Both the position numbers and the translations under genes were made by a program. From NCBI GenBank assembly GCA_046328715.1, contig JAXLWB010000053.1, forward strand, positions 1 through 64,000: a stretch of DNA of 64,000 bases. Direction: 5' to 3'. The DNA is from Caldilineaceae bacterium (lineage in GTDB: Bacteria > Chloroflexota > Anaerolineae > Caldilineales > Caldilineaceae). Of the stretch, positions 27,603 to 38,038 are shown piece by piece (within the stretch, counting starts at the first letter, position 1; the number at the start of each line of letters is the position of its first letter). The notes under the pieces are model-generated. The model was not told the origin of the DNA and did not search any database. It saw only the letters and a program-made list of their open reading frames with translations.

Positions 27603-28373
27603 TCATGGGTTCAACGCCCGAATCACTGCATCGTGAATCTCCCCGGCGGTGGCGACACTGCTGGTCGGAAACTTAGCTGCATCTTCGCCTTGCCAGTTGG
27701 TAATTTTGCCGCCCGCCCCTTCAATCACCGGGATCAACGCTAAGAGATCCCACGCATTCATGATTGGATCGAGCATGATGTCGATGCCGCCGACTGCAAC
27801 CGCATAATAGCCAAAACAATCGCCGTAGACCCGATAATGGGCAACCTGTTTGGTCAAGGCTTCAAAGGCAGGGCCATTCTGGTAGTCGAAGACGGTCCAA
27901 TGCCCAGTGGTAGAGAGCCAGGCATCTTCAATTCGTTTGCAGGGGCGAACTGTGACCTGTTTGCCGTTAAGCCAAGTCGTCTTGCCATCGCCAATCAAGA
28001 AATCATTGACAATCGGCTGGTTGATCACGCCAATGAGCGGCTTGCCACGGTAGGTCAATGCAATCAACGTGCCAAAGTTGTAGGTGTGAGCAATAAAACT
28101 TTTGGTGCCGTCGATGGGGTCAAGCACCCATTGGTAGTCGGCCTCGGGCTGGTGATTGCCAAACTCTTCGCCCAAGATGCCATGATCGGGATAGCTGCGC
28201 ATGATTAGCTCACGCATCATCCGTTCCGCTTCCCGGTCGGCGATGGTCACAGGCGATTGGTCGGATTTGATATCGACGGTGTAGCCGTTGCGGAAATGCT
28301 GTTTGATGACTGCGCCACTGGCCTGGGCGAGTTCCTGGGCAAAGGACATTAGTTCGTCTTGATTCAGTTTCAT
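27603..28373 (-). CDS. Inositol monophosphatase / HisN-like histidinol-phosphatase family
   Basis: DPIDGT motif and WD…AG C-terminal motif (WDLLALIPVIEGAGG). Confidence 0.8.
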   Translation of the reverse strand: MKLNQDELMSFAQELAQASGAVIKQHFRNGYTVDIKSDQSPVTIADREAERMMRELIMRSYPDHGILGEEFGNHQPEADYQWVLDPIDGTKSFIAHTYNFGTLIALTYRGKPLIGVINQPIVNDFLIGDGKTTWLNGKQVTVRPCKRIEDAWLSTTGHWTVFDYQNGPAFEALTKQVAHYRVYGDCFGYYAVAVGGIDIMLDPIMNAWDLLALIPVIEGAGGKITNWQGEDAAKFPTSSVATAGEIHDAVIRALNP

Positions 28374-28405
28374 GGATGAGTCTTTCCTGCTAATTGTTTG
28401 TGTGG

Positions 28406-29569
28406 TTACTTATAATTTTCGACAAAATAACTTTTCAACTCTGGCTGAACCGTTGCCTCTACCAGATCACCAAAGGGAAACCATGTTTCCCACGGCAGCT
28501 TTTTCCCTAGTCCAGCCTTACGATAGCGTTGTAGCGCAGTGCTCAGATGAATGTGGGCACTATCGATTTCGTTGCGCAGGGCAAAGCCGAGGGCACAGAG
28601 ATAGTAAAGCCCCCAGTTGAGCTCCTCTCCTTCCCGGATAATCTGTAGATTGAGGGTCAATGCAGAGTCGCGCAGCTCGGGTAAATAGTAATGTGCCAGG
28701 AAGTACTCGGTCAGAGCATAGCCGAAACTTTCATCCTTAGCGACATCGAGGCTGCCGATCCGCCGCCAATATTGTTGACCTTCCTTCTCTTTGCCCAAAC
28801 GCACCAGCGTCAACCCGCGCCAGAAGTCGCTGCGAATTTGATTGCCCTGATCTTGTTCAATTAGCGAGAGCGCTTTAGTGAGTTGTCCGGCTCGGATCAG
28901 CTTAATATAGAGGTTGTGTACTTCGCCCGCATAGTGTTTATCTTGTGTGCTGGCATGGGTCCACCAGGCAATCGCTTCGTCCCACAGCTCTTGTGCCAGG
29001 GCCGAGTTGGCACGTAGCCAGGAGAGATAGGCACTATCCTCCTTGGTAGCAGCGGCACCTTGCTCTTTGCGCACTCGATTGATGCGGCGTTCGATCTCAC
29101 GCAACGCCTCGTCAGCGGCTTTGAATTCTTTCAGCGAGATCGCAGCGTAGACCAGATCGCCCCAACTGTCGATATCATCGCTGGCGGCGGCTTTGGCGTT
29201 TTCCTGAGCCTTGGCTAGCGCTTCCTCTGGCTGGCCAGCCAAAATCAACACCTCAACGCTGCGCCGTTGCCATTGGTCCTCATGAGCAGAGTCAACAACC
29301 CTTGCCAACTGTTGGAGCACACGTAGTGCAACATCGTACTGTTCACGGTAGACCAGGTATTGCTGAAACTGATTGGCTGCCATCAGACGAACGCTGCGCA
29401 GGTGACCTTCTCCTGCATCGAGTCGGGAGTTGGGTAACTGGCTGAGGCGATCCACGAGCTTATGCCAGATCGGAATACATTCGTCGCTATCGATTTCGGC
29501 AAATTCATTTGCCTGGGCGAGCAGATCTTCCCAACTGCCCTTGACTGTGAAATAAGGCTGTGAACTCAT
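28406..29569 (-). CDS. TPR-repeat protein
   Basis: Repeated W/LG/Y/A/F/A/P spacing consistent with TPR (…ALAKAQENAKAA…, …YYLCALGFAL…). Confidence 0.5.
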   Translation of the reverse strand: MSSQPYFTVKGSWEDLLAQANEFAEIDSDECIPIWHKLVDRLSQLPNSRLDAGEGHLRSVRLMAANQFQQYLVYREQYDVALRVLQQLARVVDSAHEDQWQRRSVEVLILAGQPEEALAKAQENAKAAASDDIDSWGDLVYAAISLKEFKAADEALREIERRINRVRKEQGAAATKEDSAYLSWLRANSALAQELWDEAIAWWTHASTQDKHYAGEVHNLYIKLIRAGQLTKALSLIEQDQGNQIRSDFWRGLTLVRLGKEKEGQQYWRRIGSLDVAKDESFGYALTEYFLAHYYLPELRDSALTLNLQIIREGEELNWGLYYLCALGFALRNEIDSAHIHLSTALQRYRKAGLGKKLPWETWFPFGDLVEATVQPELKSYFVENYK

Positions 29570-29581
29570 AAACTTCCGCTC

Positions 29582-30043
29582 CTACTCATCACCATAAAGT
29601 TCCAGAAGGGTGATCGCTTGCTCAAAATCCTCTTCCATCACCCATAGTCTCAGCTTGCCGACAGCGCCAGAAAAGGTATCCAGATCGATCACCTGCTCGC
29701 TCAAGTAGCTGAGTAGATTGCGCATTTGCAGGCGGTTCTGGAGTAGATTGGCTTGTTTTGGGTGAAGATAGGTGGCCAAAACCAACAGACGTTTGCCCTC
29801 GTCATTGAAGATCCATTCATCGTCCGTCGCATCGTGCAATGAGATTGCAAATTCGGGCACTTCGTCGCTCAACTCTGTTCGACAGATAGGACAAATCACT
29901 GCTGAATCCAGATATTGGGCAATCTGTGATTCTTCAAGAAAAAAGGGGCAGGTAGGATTGGGACAATATTTCAACCGCTTCTCCTCATTCGCCAAACCAA
30001 AAAACGTGCACTCATCTGTGTTGCGCAAAAGCCGATCTGACAA
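29582..30043 (-). CDS. Zinc-ribbon + DUF2007-like small protein; true start probably downstream of 30043
   Basis: CPNPTC…CPIC zinc-ribbon; C-terminal LLVLATYL…EEDFEQAITLLE resembles DUF2007. The listed TTG start lies inside the flotillin terminator hairpin. Confidence 0.45.
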   Translation of the reverse strand: MSDRLLRNTDECTFFGLANEEKRLKYCPNPTCPFFLEESQIAQYLDSAVICPICRTELSDEVPEFAISLHDATDDEWIFNDEGKRLLVLATYLHPKQANLLQNRLQMRNLLSYLSEQVIDLDTFSGAVGKLRLWVMEEDFEQAITLLELYGDE

Positions 30044-30076
30044 GTTTCTTCAAACTTGTCAGATCGGCTTTTGCGT
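30027..30076. terminator. Perfect ~17-bp palindrome flanked by A4/T4 (bidirectional terminator-like)
   Basis: aaaagccgatctgacaagttt-cttca-aacttgtcagatcggctttt, 30 nt downstream of the flotillin stop. Confidence 0.65.
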
Positions 30077-30105
30077 TAGTCTTAAAAGGTCAGCCTCTCA
30101 GCTTG

Positions 30106-32142
30106 CTACTTAGACCCTTCCTGCGTTGCATCGCCCTTGGCGGTTGGCTTTTGCATACTTTCACGAATCTGCTGACGCAGTGCCTCCACTTCTGGGGCTC
30201 GTGTCGCTGCTGCTTGTTGATTGACATCGACGCCAAAGCGTTCCGACAACAACAGCGTGAGTAATCCTTCCATCACGTTACTGTTGCTTGGGCCATGCTC
30301 ACCGTTGCCATTGCCATTGCCGCCGCTCACAACCACACGCGGCACTACATCAACCCCGGAGGTCTCGATAGCGCTGGCAAAGCGGTTGAGCACCTGTTGC
30401 GTCACCTGGAACTGCGGTCCACCGTAGGCACGCACCTGTTCTTCGGTGGCGATAGCTTGGGCAATACCGATGCGGGCGGTCTTTTCAGCTTCGGCTTCGG
30501 CCAGGGCACGAATCTGCGAAGCCTGCTGGATAGCTCGTTGATACTCGGCCTTACCTTGGTTGGTCTGCACGATAATGCTAATTTCCGACTGTGTCAAAGC
30601 GGTCTGCTGCTCGGCTCGTGATTGCGCTTCCTTCAGTTCGCGCTCCTGTACCGCAGCCTTCTGTTGGCGCTGATAGGTTTCCACCTGTTCCTCAGCGATC
30701 TGGCGGGAGCGCAATTGCTCCAGGATCAGCTCAATTTGACGGTCGGTGGCGGTGGAGGAAGGTGTGCCAATCAGCACTTCCTGTAACTCCAGGTTGTAGT
30801 GATTGAACTTCTCCTTCATCTCGTCGCCCGCCTGACGTTGGATGGCCGAACGGTCTTGGATCAACTGGATCAAGGTACGGGTTTGACCGACATTCTTGAA
30901 GTAGGCCGAAACCATCGGGTCGAGCGTCTGTTCGACCAGGCGCTTGACATCACCAAAGCGTTGAATGACGAGCGGAGCCTTTTGATAGTCGATGTGAATT
31001 ACGACCGACAGTGGCAACGATGGCTCGAAGGCATCCTTGGTGATCAGCGTCACCTCGCTCAAGTTCTCATCCAACTTGTGCGAACCAACCTGGTTGCGAA
31101 TCCATTTCAAAATAATGTTGGTCGTCGGCACTGGAATTACCTTACCAGCATAGGTGTTGAAGGCATACTTGCCCGGTAACATCGGCTCACTCCAAACGCC
31201 GCGTTCACCCTTATGTACCAACTCGCCATGCCGATACGAGTCGCCAGAGATATCAGTGCCGGTGGCCCCGGTGTAGGAAACGACGACACCGACCGTACCC
31301 ACTTCGATCACCGTTTTGGGAATCATTTCGACCGTGGCAAAGAGGCGATTGATGTAGTAGGTGCCTTCGACTAGCGACTGTAATTGGCGACCTCGCTTGC
31401 CGCCAGCGTGCAAGAACTTATCGGCATCCTGGAAGTTGTTGTGATAATTGGCAACATCATTCACATCATTGCCCATAATCGGCGCAATGATCTGATCCTG
31501 TGGCAATGAAGGGCCATCATGCGTGGTGACAATGCCAACCTGGTCGTCGGTATCTTTGATTACCACTGGACGGAAGCCATGTCGATCATTGATCACACTG
31601 GCCATCGTCTTGATGATCTCGTCCTCTTCGCGGCTGATAGGCAGATAGTAGGTACGTTCTTCGGTGATCACCACAAAGTTGGCTAGATTAATGGCGTAGG
31701 TACCTTCACGCAAGATGCGCCGTTGCGGACCGCGCTGTCCTCCAGTCTGAAAGAAGCCACGCACATCTTGAAAATCTTGAGCCATGTCGTTGGCGGCTAA
31801 GGTTTGGGTTGGGTCGAGCGCCACACCGTCACGTGCAAAGACGTACCCAATTTTGCCCTGCGGAATGGTCACCAATGGTGCTGACAGCACCCGATATTGA
31901 ATGGGCATGAGATAATGCATGCCACCACGCAGCACATTCGGCTGGTAGCCTGCTTCGCCATTGAGTGCAATAAAGCCACTCTTGACCGAACCTTTCGAGC
32001 TAAAGCGCTTCTCAACGATGCCGATGCGATTGTTGGGAATGAATCGGATACCGGAGAGAAGAATCAAAAATAAAATTGCTGCGACGATCGCCACTACACC
32101 ATACAATCCTGCGAGTAACATAAAATCTCCTTTGACAATCAA
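30106..32142 (-). CDS. Flotillin-family (SPFH + coiled-coil 'flotillin' domain) membrane scaffold protein
   Basis: N-terminal TM; SPFH-like core; long EA/Q-rich coiled coil (…ALAEAEAEKTARIGIAQAIATEEQVRA…). Confidence 0.75.
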   Translation of the reverse strand: MIVKGDFMLLAGLYGVVAIVAAILFLILLSGIRFIPNNRIGIVEKRFSSKGSVKSGFIALNGEAGYQPNVLRGGMHYLMPIQYRVLSAPLVTIPQGKIGYVFARDGVALDPTQTLAANDMAQDFQDVRGFFQTGGQRGPQRRILREGTYAINLANFVVITEERTYYLPISREEDEIIKTMASVINDRHGFRPVVIKDTDDQVGIVTTHDGPSLPQDQIIAPIMGNDVNDVANYHNNFQDADKFLHAGGKRGRQLQSLVEGTYYINRLFATVEMIPKTVIEVGTVGVVVSYTGATGTDISGDSYRHGELVHKGERGVWSEPMLPGKYAFNTYAGKVIPVPTTNIILKWIRNQVGSHKLDENLSEVTLITKDAFEPSLPLSVVIHIDYQKAPLVIQRFGDVKRLVEQTLDPMVSAYFKNVGQTRTLIQLIQDRSAIQRQAGDEMKEKFNHYNLELQEVLIGTPSSTATDRQIELILEQLRSRQIAEEQVETYQRQQKAAVQERELKEAQSRAEQQTALTQSEISIIVQTNQGKAEYQRAIQQASQIRALAEAEAEKTARIGIAQAIATEEQVRAYGGPQFQVTQQVLNRFASAIETSGVDVVPRVVVSGGNGNGNGEHGPSNSNVMEGLLTLLLSERFGVDVNQQAAATRAPEVEALRQQIRESMQKPTAKGDATQEGSK

Positions 32143-32548
32143 TCTGGTCTCACGCCTGTCTGCAAGGAATGGATCAAGTCAAACAAGTGGAATCGACAGT
32201 TGCGCGAGTCCTTCTCTGTCATACGCACCTTCTTTGCCGCGCTAGCGAGGGCAAAACAATTTCGTCCTCGGCGCTCTTAGATGATTTTACCGTGTGGTTC
32301 TTGTCAGTAACTGACGGTTACGGGTGTTCTTGTATGACAGCGTGCAAACAAGAATTGTAACACGAAAGAGAAATGGGAGGGAATTGGTAGAGTAGTTGGA
32401 CAGACCGTGATTTGTCGTTTAGAGCCGGAAGTGTGAGCGACCGGTCACTGACGTTCCCGGCTCTGATGCTTGTCAGCTTGTCACTATTATATGGTATGAT
32501 TCTTTCATTCGCCCCCAATTAACTCAACCATGCAATGGAGCAACCCCA

Positions 32549-35500
32549 ATGGCACAAACTACCTTTTCAGAGCAATTGCTGAATGCAATGACCTTTCGCT
32601 GTATTGGCCCCGTACGCGGTGGCCGTGTAATTGCGGTCGCTGGTGTTCCGAATGACATCGCAACCTATTATTTTGGCGCAGTGGCTGGCGGTATCTGGAA
32701 AACCACCGATGCAGGCACCACCTGGCTACCAATTGCCGACAAATACCTCAAAACCGGCTCGGTCAGTGACATCTGCGTCGCCCCGTCAGACCCGAATGTG
32801 ATCTACGTAGGCATGGGCGAATCGACTATCCGTACCGATGTTTCACATGGCGATGGCGTCTACAAGTCGACGGATGCTGGCGTCACGTGGCAACATTGCG
32901 GCCTGGCCGAAACCCGCCATATTGGTCGTGTACGGGTTCACCCAAAGAATCCCGACATTGTTTGGGTGGCGGCACTAGGTCATGCCTTCGGTGATAACTC
33001 GGAACGCGGCGTCTACAAGTCGACCGATGGCGGCAAAAGCTGGCGACAGGTACTCTTCAAGAGCAACAAGGCAGGTGCAGTTGATCTCACCTTTGACCCA
33101 CGCAACCCTGAAATCATCTACGCCTCGATCTGGCAGGTCTATCGCAACTTTTGGGAATTGAATAGCGGCGGCCCCGACAGCGGTATCTGGAAATCGACCG
33201 ACGGTGGCGAAACCTGGACCGAGATCACTAAGAATCCCGGATTGCCTAAGGCTGAACTGCTGGGCAAGATTGGTGTCTCTGCATCCCCTGTACAGGCAGG
33301 ACGAGTCTACGCCCTGGTCGAGGCCAAAGAAGGCAAAGGCATGTATCGCAGTGACGATTTCGGTGCCACCTGGACCCATACCAGTGGCAACCCTGCGCTC
33401 TCCAATCGCCCTTGGTACTACATGCACGTCCATGCCGACACCCAACATGCTGACACGGTCTATGTCAACAACCTCGACTTTCTCAAATCGACCGATGCCG
33501 GCAAAAATTGGACATCGATTCCCACGCCACATGGCGATAACCACGGCCTGTGGATCGACCCCAACAACAATCGGCGCATGATCCAGAGCAACGACGGCGG
33601 CGCCAACATCAGCTTCAACGGCGGTGAATCTTTCAGCACAATCTACAATCAGTTGACTGCCCAGTTTTATAACATGGACATCGACAATCAATTCCCCTAT
33701 CGCGTCTATGGCACGCAGCAGGATAATTCCTCCTTGCGCGTAGCCAGCGATACGATCAGCGGCGCAATCTGTTGGAGTGACACACAGATCACAGGTACGG
33801 GTGAAAGCGGCTTTATTGCTGTCCACCCCGAAGACCCGGAGATTGTCTACGTCGGTGCGGTTGGCTCCTCGCCGGGTGGCCAAGGTTCTTTGCAACGGTG
33901 TGACATGCGCAGCGGCCACATCCAACTGATCAACGTCTGGCCCGACGATGCGCATGGGGTCGGCGTCGGCTCGATGAAGATTCGTTTCCCCTGGACCTTC
34001 CCAATTCTTTTCTCGCCGCACGATTCCAAGGTGCTTTACACCTGCGGTAACATCGCCTTCCGCACCACCGACGAAGGCATTACCTGGGAAGCGATCAGTC
34101 CCGACCTCACGCGTGCCGACATGAGCAAGTTAGGTCCTTCGGGCGGCAACATTACCTTGGACACCTCCGGTGCCGAACATTACGCCACCATCTCGACCTT
34201 CCGCGAAAGTGCTTTGCAGAAGGGGCTCTTCTGGGCCGGCTCCGATGATGGTCTGATCCATGTCTCGCAGGATGGCGGTAAGAAGTGGAGCAACGTCACG
34301 CCTCCCGATCTGCCCGAATGGACCTTGATCCGCACGGTGGAACCTTCCCCGTTTGATGTTGGCACCTGCTATGTCGCCGGAACTCGCTACAAACTCGACG
34401 ACTCCACCCCCTATCTCTACAAGACAAGCGATTTCGGCAAGAGCTGGCAGAAGATCACCGATGGCATCCCCACCGACGACTTTGTGCGTGTTGTGCGTTG
34501 TGACCCCAGCAAACCTGGCTATCTCTACTGCGGAACCGAAACTGGCGTCTATGTCTCGACGGATGATGGTAAGAACTGGCTACGCTGGCAAGCCAACCTG
34601 CCCGCTACCCCGGTCTACGATATGCGCGTCAAGGATGGCGATCTGGTCATCGCCACTCATGGCCGCGGTTTCTATATCATGGATGATCTAACACGGCTCT
34701 ACAATGCACCCAGCGCAACACCCACCCAGCCGCATCTCTTTGCCCCACGCCGCACCTATCGCATCCTGCCTGATCTAGTTGGCTCATGGGTGCCGAGTGA
34801 AGGGCGCATTTATGGTTTGGGGCTAGGTTCGGCTGCTACGATCGTGGCCAGGAAAAACGAGCAAGGCGTCAGTGAGCGCCAATACCTCGACTGTGGCGAA
34901 GCGGCCACACGTGGGGCCATCGTCACATACTATTTGCCTGAAGCGCTCGCCGCAGACAGTAAAGCTAGCATCGCCTTCCTCGACGCACAGGGCAACCTGC
35001 TGCGTGAATTTACGCTTAAACCGGCAGACTATGACAAGTGGGATGATAATAAGAAGGGGCTCAATCCTGGTCCCTGGATCAGCGGCAAGGCGGGCATGAA
35101 TAAGTTTGTCTGGAATCTTCAGTCGACCGGCGCTGTGAAGGTGACTGGCAACAAGACAGCTGGTGAAGCCAACGAAGGCCCTCATGTGTTGCCCGGCAAC
35201 TATCAGGTACGGCTAACGGTTGGTGAGACGGTGTTGACAGAGAGCTTCGAACTTGTCAATGACCCGCGCGTCCAGACCCCCTTGAGCGTGCTGGAAGAAC
35301 AGCGCAAACTCCACCAGACACTGATCGACAAAGTTTCTGCCGCCCATACCTCAGTCATTCGCCTGCGAGAGGTACGCGAGCAACTGGAGAATTGGAAGAA
35401 GCGCACCAAGGGCGCTGCGCAAATTGTCAGCGCTGCGGATACCATCCTTGGCAAGTTGGCCAAGATTGAAGATGCGCTGATCTTGCCGGGCGACCAAAAG

Positions 35501-35728
35501 GATACCTACAGCCTGGGCCAACCGACTCGCCTCAACGCTAAGATCGCTACACTCATCCCAATTATCGCCAGTGCCGATGCCAAACCAACCCAGGCAGCGA
35601 AGGAAGTCTACACTGTCTACAGCCAGGGCGTTGATGAGCAGACTGCTGCACTCGAGCAGGTGCTGACCGACGATTTGGAAGAATTTAACGAACTGGTCTA
35701 CACGGCCAAGATTCCGGCAGTCGTGTAA
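32549..35728 (+). CDS. Sortilin/VPS10-type BNR (Asp-box) repeat beta-propeller protein, cytoplasmic-type N-terminus
   Basis: Many SxDxGxTW Asp-boxes (STDAGVTW, STDGGKSW, STDGGETW, SDDFGATW, STDAGKNW, TTDEGITW, SQDGGKKW, TSDFGKSW, STDDGKNW); about 1059 aa. Confidence 0.7.
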   Translation: MAQTTFSEQLLNAMTFRCIGPVRGGRVIAVAGVPNDIATYYFGAVAGGIWKTTDAGTTWLPIADKYLKTGSVSDICVAPSDPNVIYVGMGESTIRTDVSHGDGVYKSTDAGVTWQHCGLAETRHIGRVRVHPKNPDIVWVAALGHAFGDNSERGVYKSTDGGKSWRQVLFKSNKAGAVDLTFDPRNPEIIYASIWQVYRNFWELNSGGPDSGIWKSTDGGETWTEITKNPGLPKAELLGKIGVSASPVQAGRVYALVEAKEGKGMYRSDDFGATWTHTSGNPALSNRPWYYMHVHADTQHADTVYVNNLDFLKSTDAGKNWTSIPTPHGDNHGLWIDPNNNRRMIQSNDGGANISFNGGESFSTIYNQLTAQFYNMDIDNQFPYRVYGTQQDNSSLRVASDTISGAICWSDTQITGTGESGFIAVHPEDPEIVYVGAVGSSPGGQGSLQRCDMRSGHIQLINVWPDDAHGVGVGSMKIRFPWTFPILFSPHDSKVLYTCGNIAFRTTDEGITWEAISPDLTRADMSKLGPSGGNITLDTSGAEHYATISTFRESALQKGLFWAGSDDGLIHVSQDGGKKWSNVTPPDLPEWTLIRTVEPSPFDVGTCYVAGTRYKLDDSTPYLYKTSDFGKSWQKITDGIPTDDFVRVVRCDPSKPGYLYCGTETGVYVSTDDGKNWLRWQANLPATPVYDMRVKDGDLVIATHGRGFYIMDDLTRLYNAPSATPTQPHLFAPRRTYRILPDLVGSWVPSEGRIYGLGLGSAATIVARKNEQGVSERQYLDCGEAATRGAIVTYYLPEALAADSKASIAFLDAQGNLLREFTLKPADYDKWDDNKKGLNPGPWISGKAGMNKFVWNLQSTGAVKVTGNKTAGEANEGPHVLPGNYQVRLTVGETVLTESFELVNDPRVQTPLSVLEEQRKLHQTLIDKVSAAHTSVIRLREVREQLENWKKRTKGAAQIVSAADTILGKLAKIEDALILPGDQKDTYSLGQPTRLNAKIATLIPIIASADAKPTQAAKEVYTVYSQGVDEQTAALEQVLTDDLEEFNELVYTAKIPAVV

Positions 35729-35733
35729 AGACA

Positions 35734-35779
35734 GACAAGAAGACAAGAAGACAGGATGAATTCTTGTCTTCTTGTCTTC
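35734..35779 (+). terminator. Hairpin built from gacaagaa octamer repeats, followed by pyrimidine-rich tract
   Basis: gaagacaagaagacagg-atgaatt-cttgtcttcttgtcttc, 6 nt after the stop of the BNR protein. Confidence 0.55.
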
Positions 35780-35822
35780 CCTTCATCTTGTCTTTCTCCT
35801 TTATCCGAAAGGTTTCACAACG

Positions 35823-36137
35823 ATGTCAAGTACAAAACTCATCCCCTTGCCTCCCCACCTGCCCGATGGCCAGGTATTGGCGATGGAAGTAGGTGGTCGT
35901 CCGGTTGGTATCGCCAAAATTGATGACAAGTGGTACGCCTTTGAAGACTCCTGTACCCATGCTGCCTGCTCCTTCAGCGGCTCGGGTGGCATTGAGAATG
36001 GCTCGCTGGTCTGCGGCTGCCACGGTGCCAAGTTTGATATGATCACAGGCAAGGTGCTACGCGGCCCAGCCTTGGAGGCGATCTATGTCTATGCGATTGC
36101 GGAGAAGGAAGGTGGGTTGGAGGTGACGATAGAGTAG
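35823..36137 (+). CDS. Small Rieske-type [2Fe-2S] ferredoxin
   Basis: CTHAAC…CGCHGAKF Rieske boxes; about 104 aa. ATG at 35823 preferred over the TTG at 35772. Confidence 0.75.
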   Translation: MSSTKLIPLPPHLPDGQVLAMEVGGRPVGIAKIDDKWYAFEDSCTHAACSFSGSGGIENGSLVCGCHGAKFDMITGKVLRGPALEAIYVYAIAEKEGGLEVTIE

Positions 36138-36635
36138 ATGGATGAGTTACAACGGCAGCGGGCAATTGAACTCATTTCGGCATCTCCTTCTAAGGAATCA
36201 CTTCTCCGATTGATTTCGTGGCTGGACACGGAGTGCTTTGGTTCGCCACTTGTTTCGCTTCCGCGCCAAATCCTTGCCCGCGCTGTCATTGCAATAGGGT
36301 ATCGTTTGATAGATAAGCTTGGTCTTCCCACCATCAAAGCCACGACGGAAGCGGCAGAGTTCTTTGCGTTGGAACCAACCCCTGAAAGTTTTGACGTCTA
36401 TTTGCGTGCAGCGACCAATTCTTATCCGTTTGGCGCGGGAGATGGTTGTTATGCGATTCACGAAATAGGATTTGCTGGGTGTGAACCTGGGAGTGGATGT
36501 AGTAGTGGATCAGGTTGTCTGTATTCCTCCGGCTTAGAAAATGATTTCGTAATGCAATGTATTGCTGGTGAGCTTATTCCTTGGCTAGAGAATCGGGAAG
36601 ATCCTGTCGCACAACGTTGGGTGGCACATGGCTAA
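36138..36635 (+). CDS. Hypothetical Cys/Gly-rich protein translationally coupled to the Rieske ferredoxin
   Basis: TAGATG junction; GCEPGSGCSSGSGC cluster. Confidence 0.45.
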   Translation: MDELQRQRAIELISASPSKESLLRLISWLDTECFGSPLVSLPRQILARAVIAIGYRLIDKLGLPTIKATTEAAEFFALEPTPESFDVYLRAATNSYPFGAGDGCYAIHEIGFAGCEPGSGCSSGSGCLYSSGLENDFVMQCIAGELIPWLENREDPVAQRWVAHG

Positions 36636-36639
36636 TTCG

Positions 36640-37902
36640 CTACTTTAAAAGTCCACGATTCTGCTCATTCAACCTCTGAATCAACTTGAACGTATCATTC
36701 GTCGCAAAATAGCGCTCATCGGCCAACATGTTGCGCAGGGGGATGCTCATCTCCCACAGCCGCACGATAAAGGGTGACGTGGCTGGTGTCTCATCCACCA
36801 GGTAGTCCATCATGCGCGCTAGCAGATATTGGGTGTGAATGCGGCTGCCTGGTTGATATTGCCGGGGTTCGTCGTTCCAATCGCTGATTTGAAACTCGGT
36901 GACTTCGAGAGGAATGCCTGCTGTTGCCAGGGTTCGTTTGGCACTGGGGATGAGGCTGTCGCCATGACGCAGACGCACGCCGGCAAAAGTATCGACATAG
37001 AAATCGGCTGCCAGTCGACCTGCCCCTGTCTCCTCGTAGATGTCAGTGCCAATGATTGGCTCTAGCGTAGGAAATTCTTGGCGCAGGGATAGTGCGGTCT
37101 TGACTACGTGGCTTAGCGAAGCCTCCTGCCATGGCGGCGAGATGATGGCGCTGTTGATCAAGATGCGGCGTGGGTGGCCTGGATCATAGAGCAACTGTGC
37201 TTGCGCCCGGAGCAGGTCGTCGCTGCTCGCCAAGAGATGTAACCCAAAGTGGGCATCGAATTCGTTTTCAGGGTTAAATCCGTATAAGCTATCCAGCCCA
37301 AACTCAGTCTCCAGGTGGTCTAGCAGGCGCTGACTATAGTCAAGTGTCAGTTTGCCCAGCGGTGAGTCGGCATAGATTGTGCTGCCTTTTTCAATACCGT
37401 AGGAGGCTAGGTTTTGTTCGATCTCAGTTGGGAAATGAGTCTCCGGCGGAAAAGGTGCTTTGGCACCATAAGCCACAATCGTTTTAATCCCATACTTGAG
37501 CAGTGCTGCCAGCCAAGGGTCATAAGCCCCCATGCCCTGCTCTGCATGAGTACTCCAACGCATGCACAGGCGCACATGGGTGCAGCCAAAATTATCCTTC
37601 AAGAGTTTGACCGTGCGATCAGGGTTGGCTCCGGCTGCCATCAATTCGTAGTCTGGACAGAGGCTGGCCCCAAAATGCAAGCGGGCCAGCTTCTTGCTGT
37701 ATTTCTTTACAAAGGTGGCGGCGTCGCAAGTCACTTCCTGCCAGGTGACATGTTGCTCCCACATGGCTTCACCGACACGCCCAACCCCGAAAACTGTACC
37801 CAACCCACCAATGCTTAAACTGCCAAAGGTCGCCATTCGCAAGAACCCGCGCCGAGTTGGCCGAAAAGTGTGCCCTTCGTCTATATCATTGTTCGTCTGC
37901 AT
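36640..37902 (-). CDS. Tat-secreted glycoside hydrolase, clan GH-A-like (TIM barrel)
   Basis: RRGFLR twin-arginine signal; NPENE (NEP acid/base-like) and later TEF (nucleophile-like) motifs with the spacing typical of clan A; family not assignable. Confidence 0.45.
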   Translation of the reverse strand: MQTNNDIDEGHTFRPTRRGFLRMATFGSLSIGGLGTVFGVGRVGEAMWEQHVTWQEVTCDAATFVKKYSKKLARLHFGASLCPDYELMAAGANPDRTVKLLKDNFGCTHVRLCMRWSTHAEQGMGAYDPWLAALLKYGIKTIVAYGAKAPFPPETHFPTEIEQNLASYGIEKGSTIYADSPLGKLTLDYSQRLLDHLETEFGLDSLYGFNPENEFDAHFGLHLLASSDDLLRAQAQLLYDPGHPRRILINSAIISPPWQEASLSHVVKTALSLRQEFPTLEPIIGTDIYEETGAGRLAADFYVDTFAGVRLRHGDSLIPSAKRTLATAGIPLEVTEFQISDWNDEPRQYQPGSRIHTQYLLARMMDYLVDETPATSPFIVRLWEMSIPLRNMLADERYFATNDTFKLIQRLNEQNRGLLK

Positions 37903-38038
37903 CCGACCTGCCGATCCATCATTATCCTTCGTAACGGCTCAGACCTTACACAACAACGAATGGAGAAAGGATCGAAAATTGCGCCGTCAGCTTTCGTTCC
38001 TTTCTTCATTCGTTGTTGTTATTGCAAAGGCTGATCCA

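Noticed and set aside
32975-34021. 348-aa minus-strand ORF inside the BNR-repeat gene
   Set aside because: The sense strand carries nine canonical Asp-box repeats. The antisense ORF has no motif, and is an open frame arising from the GC-rich sense codons.
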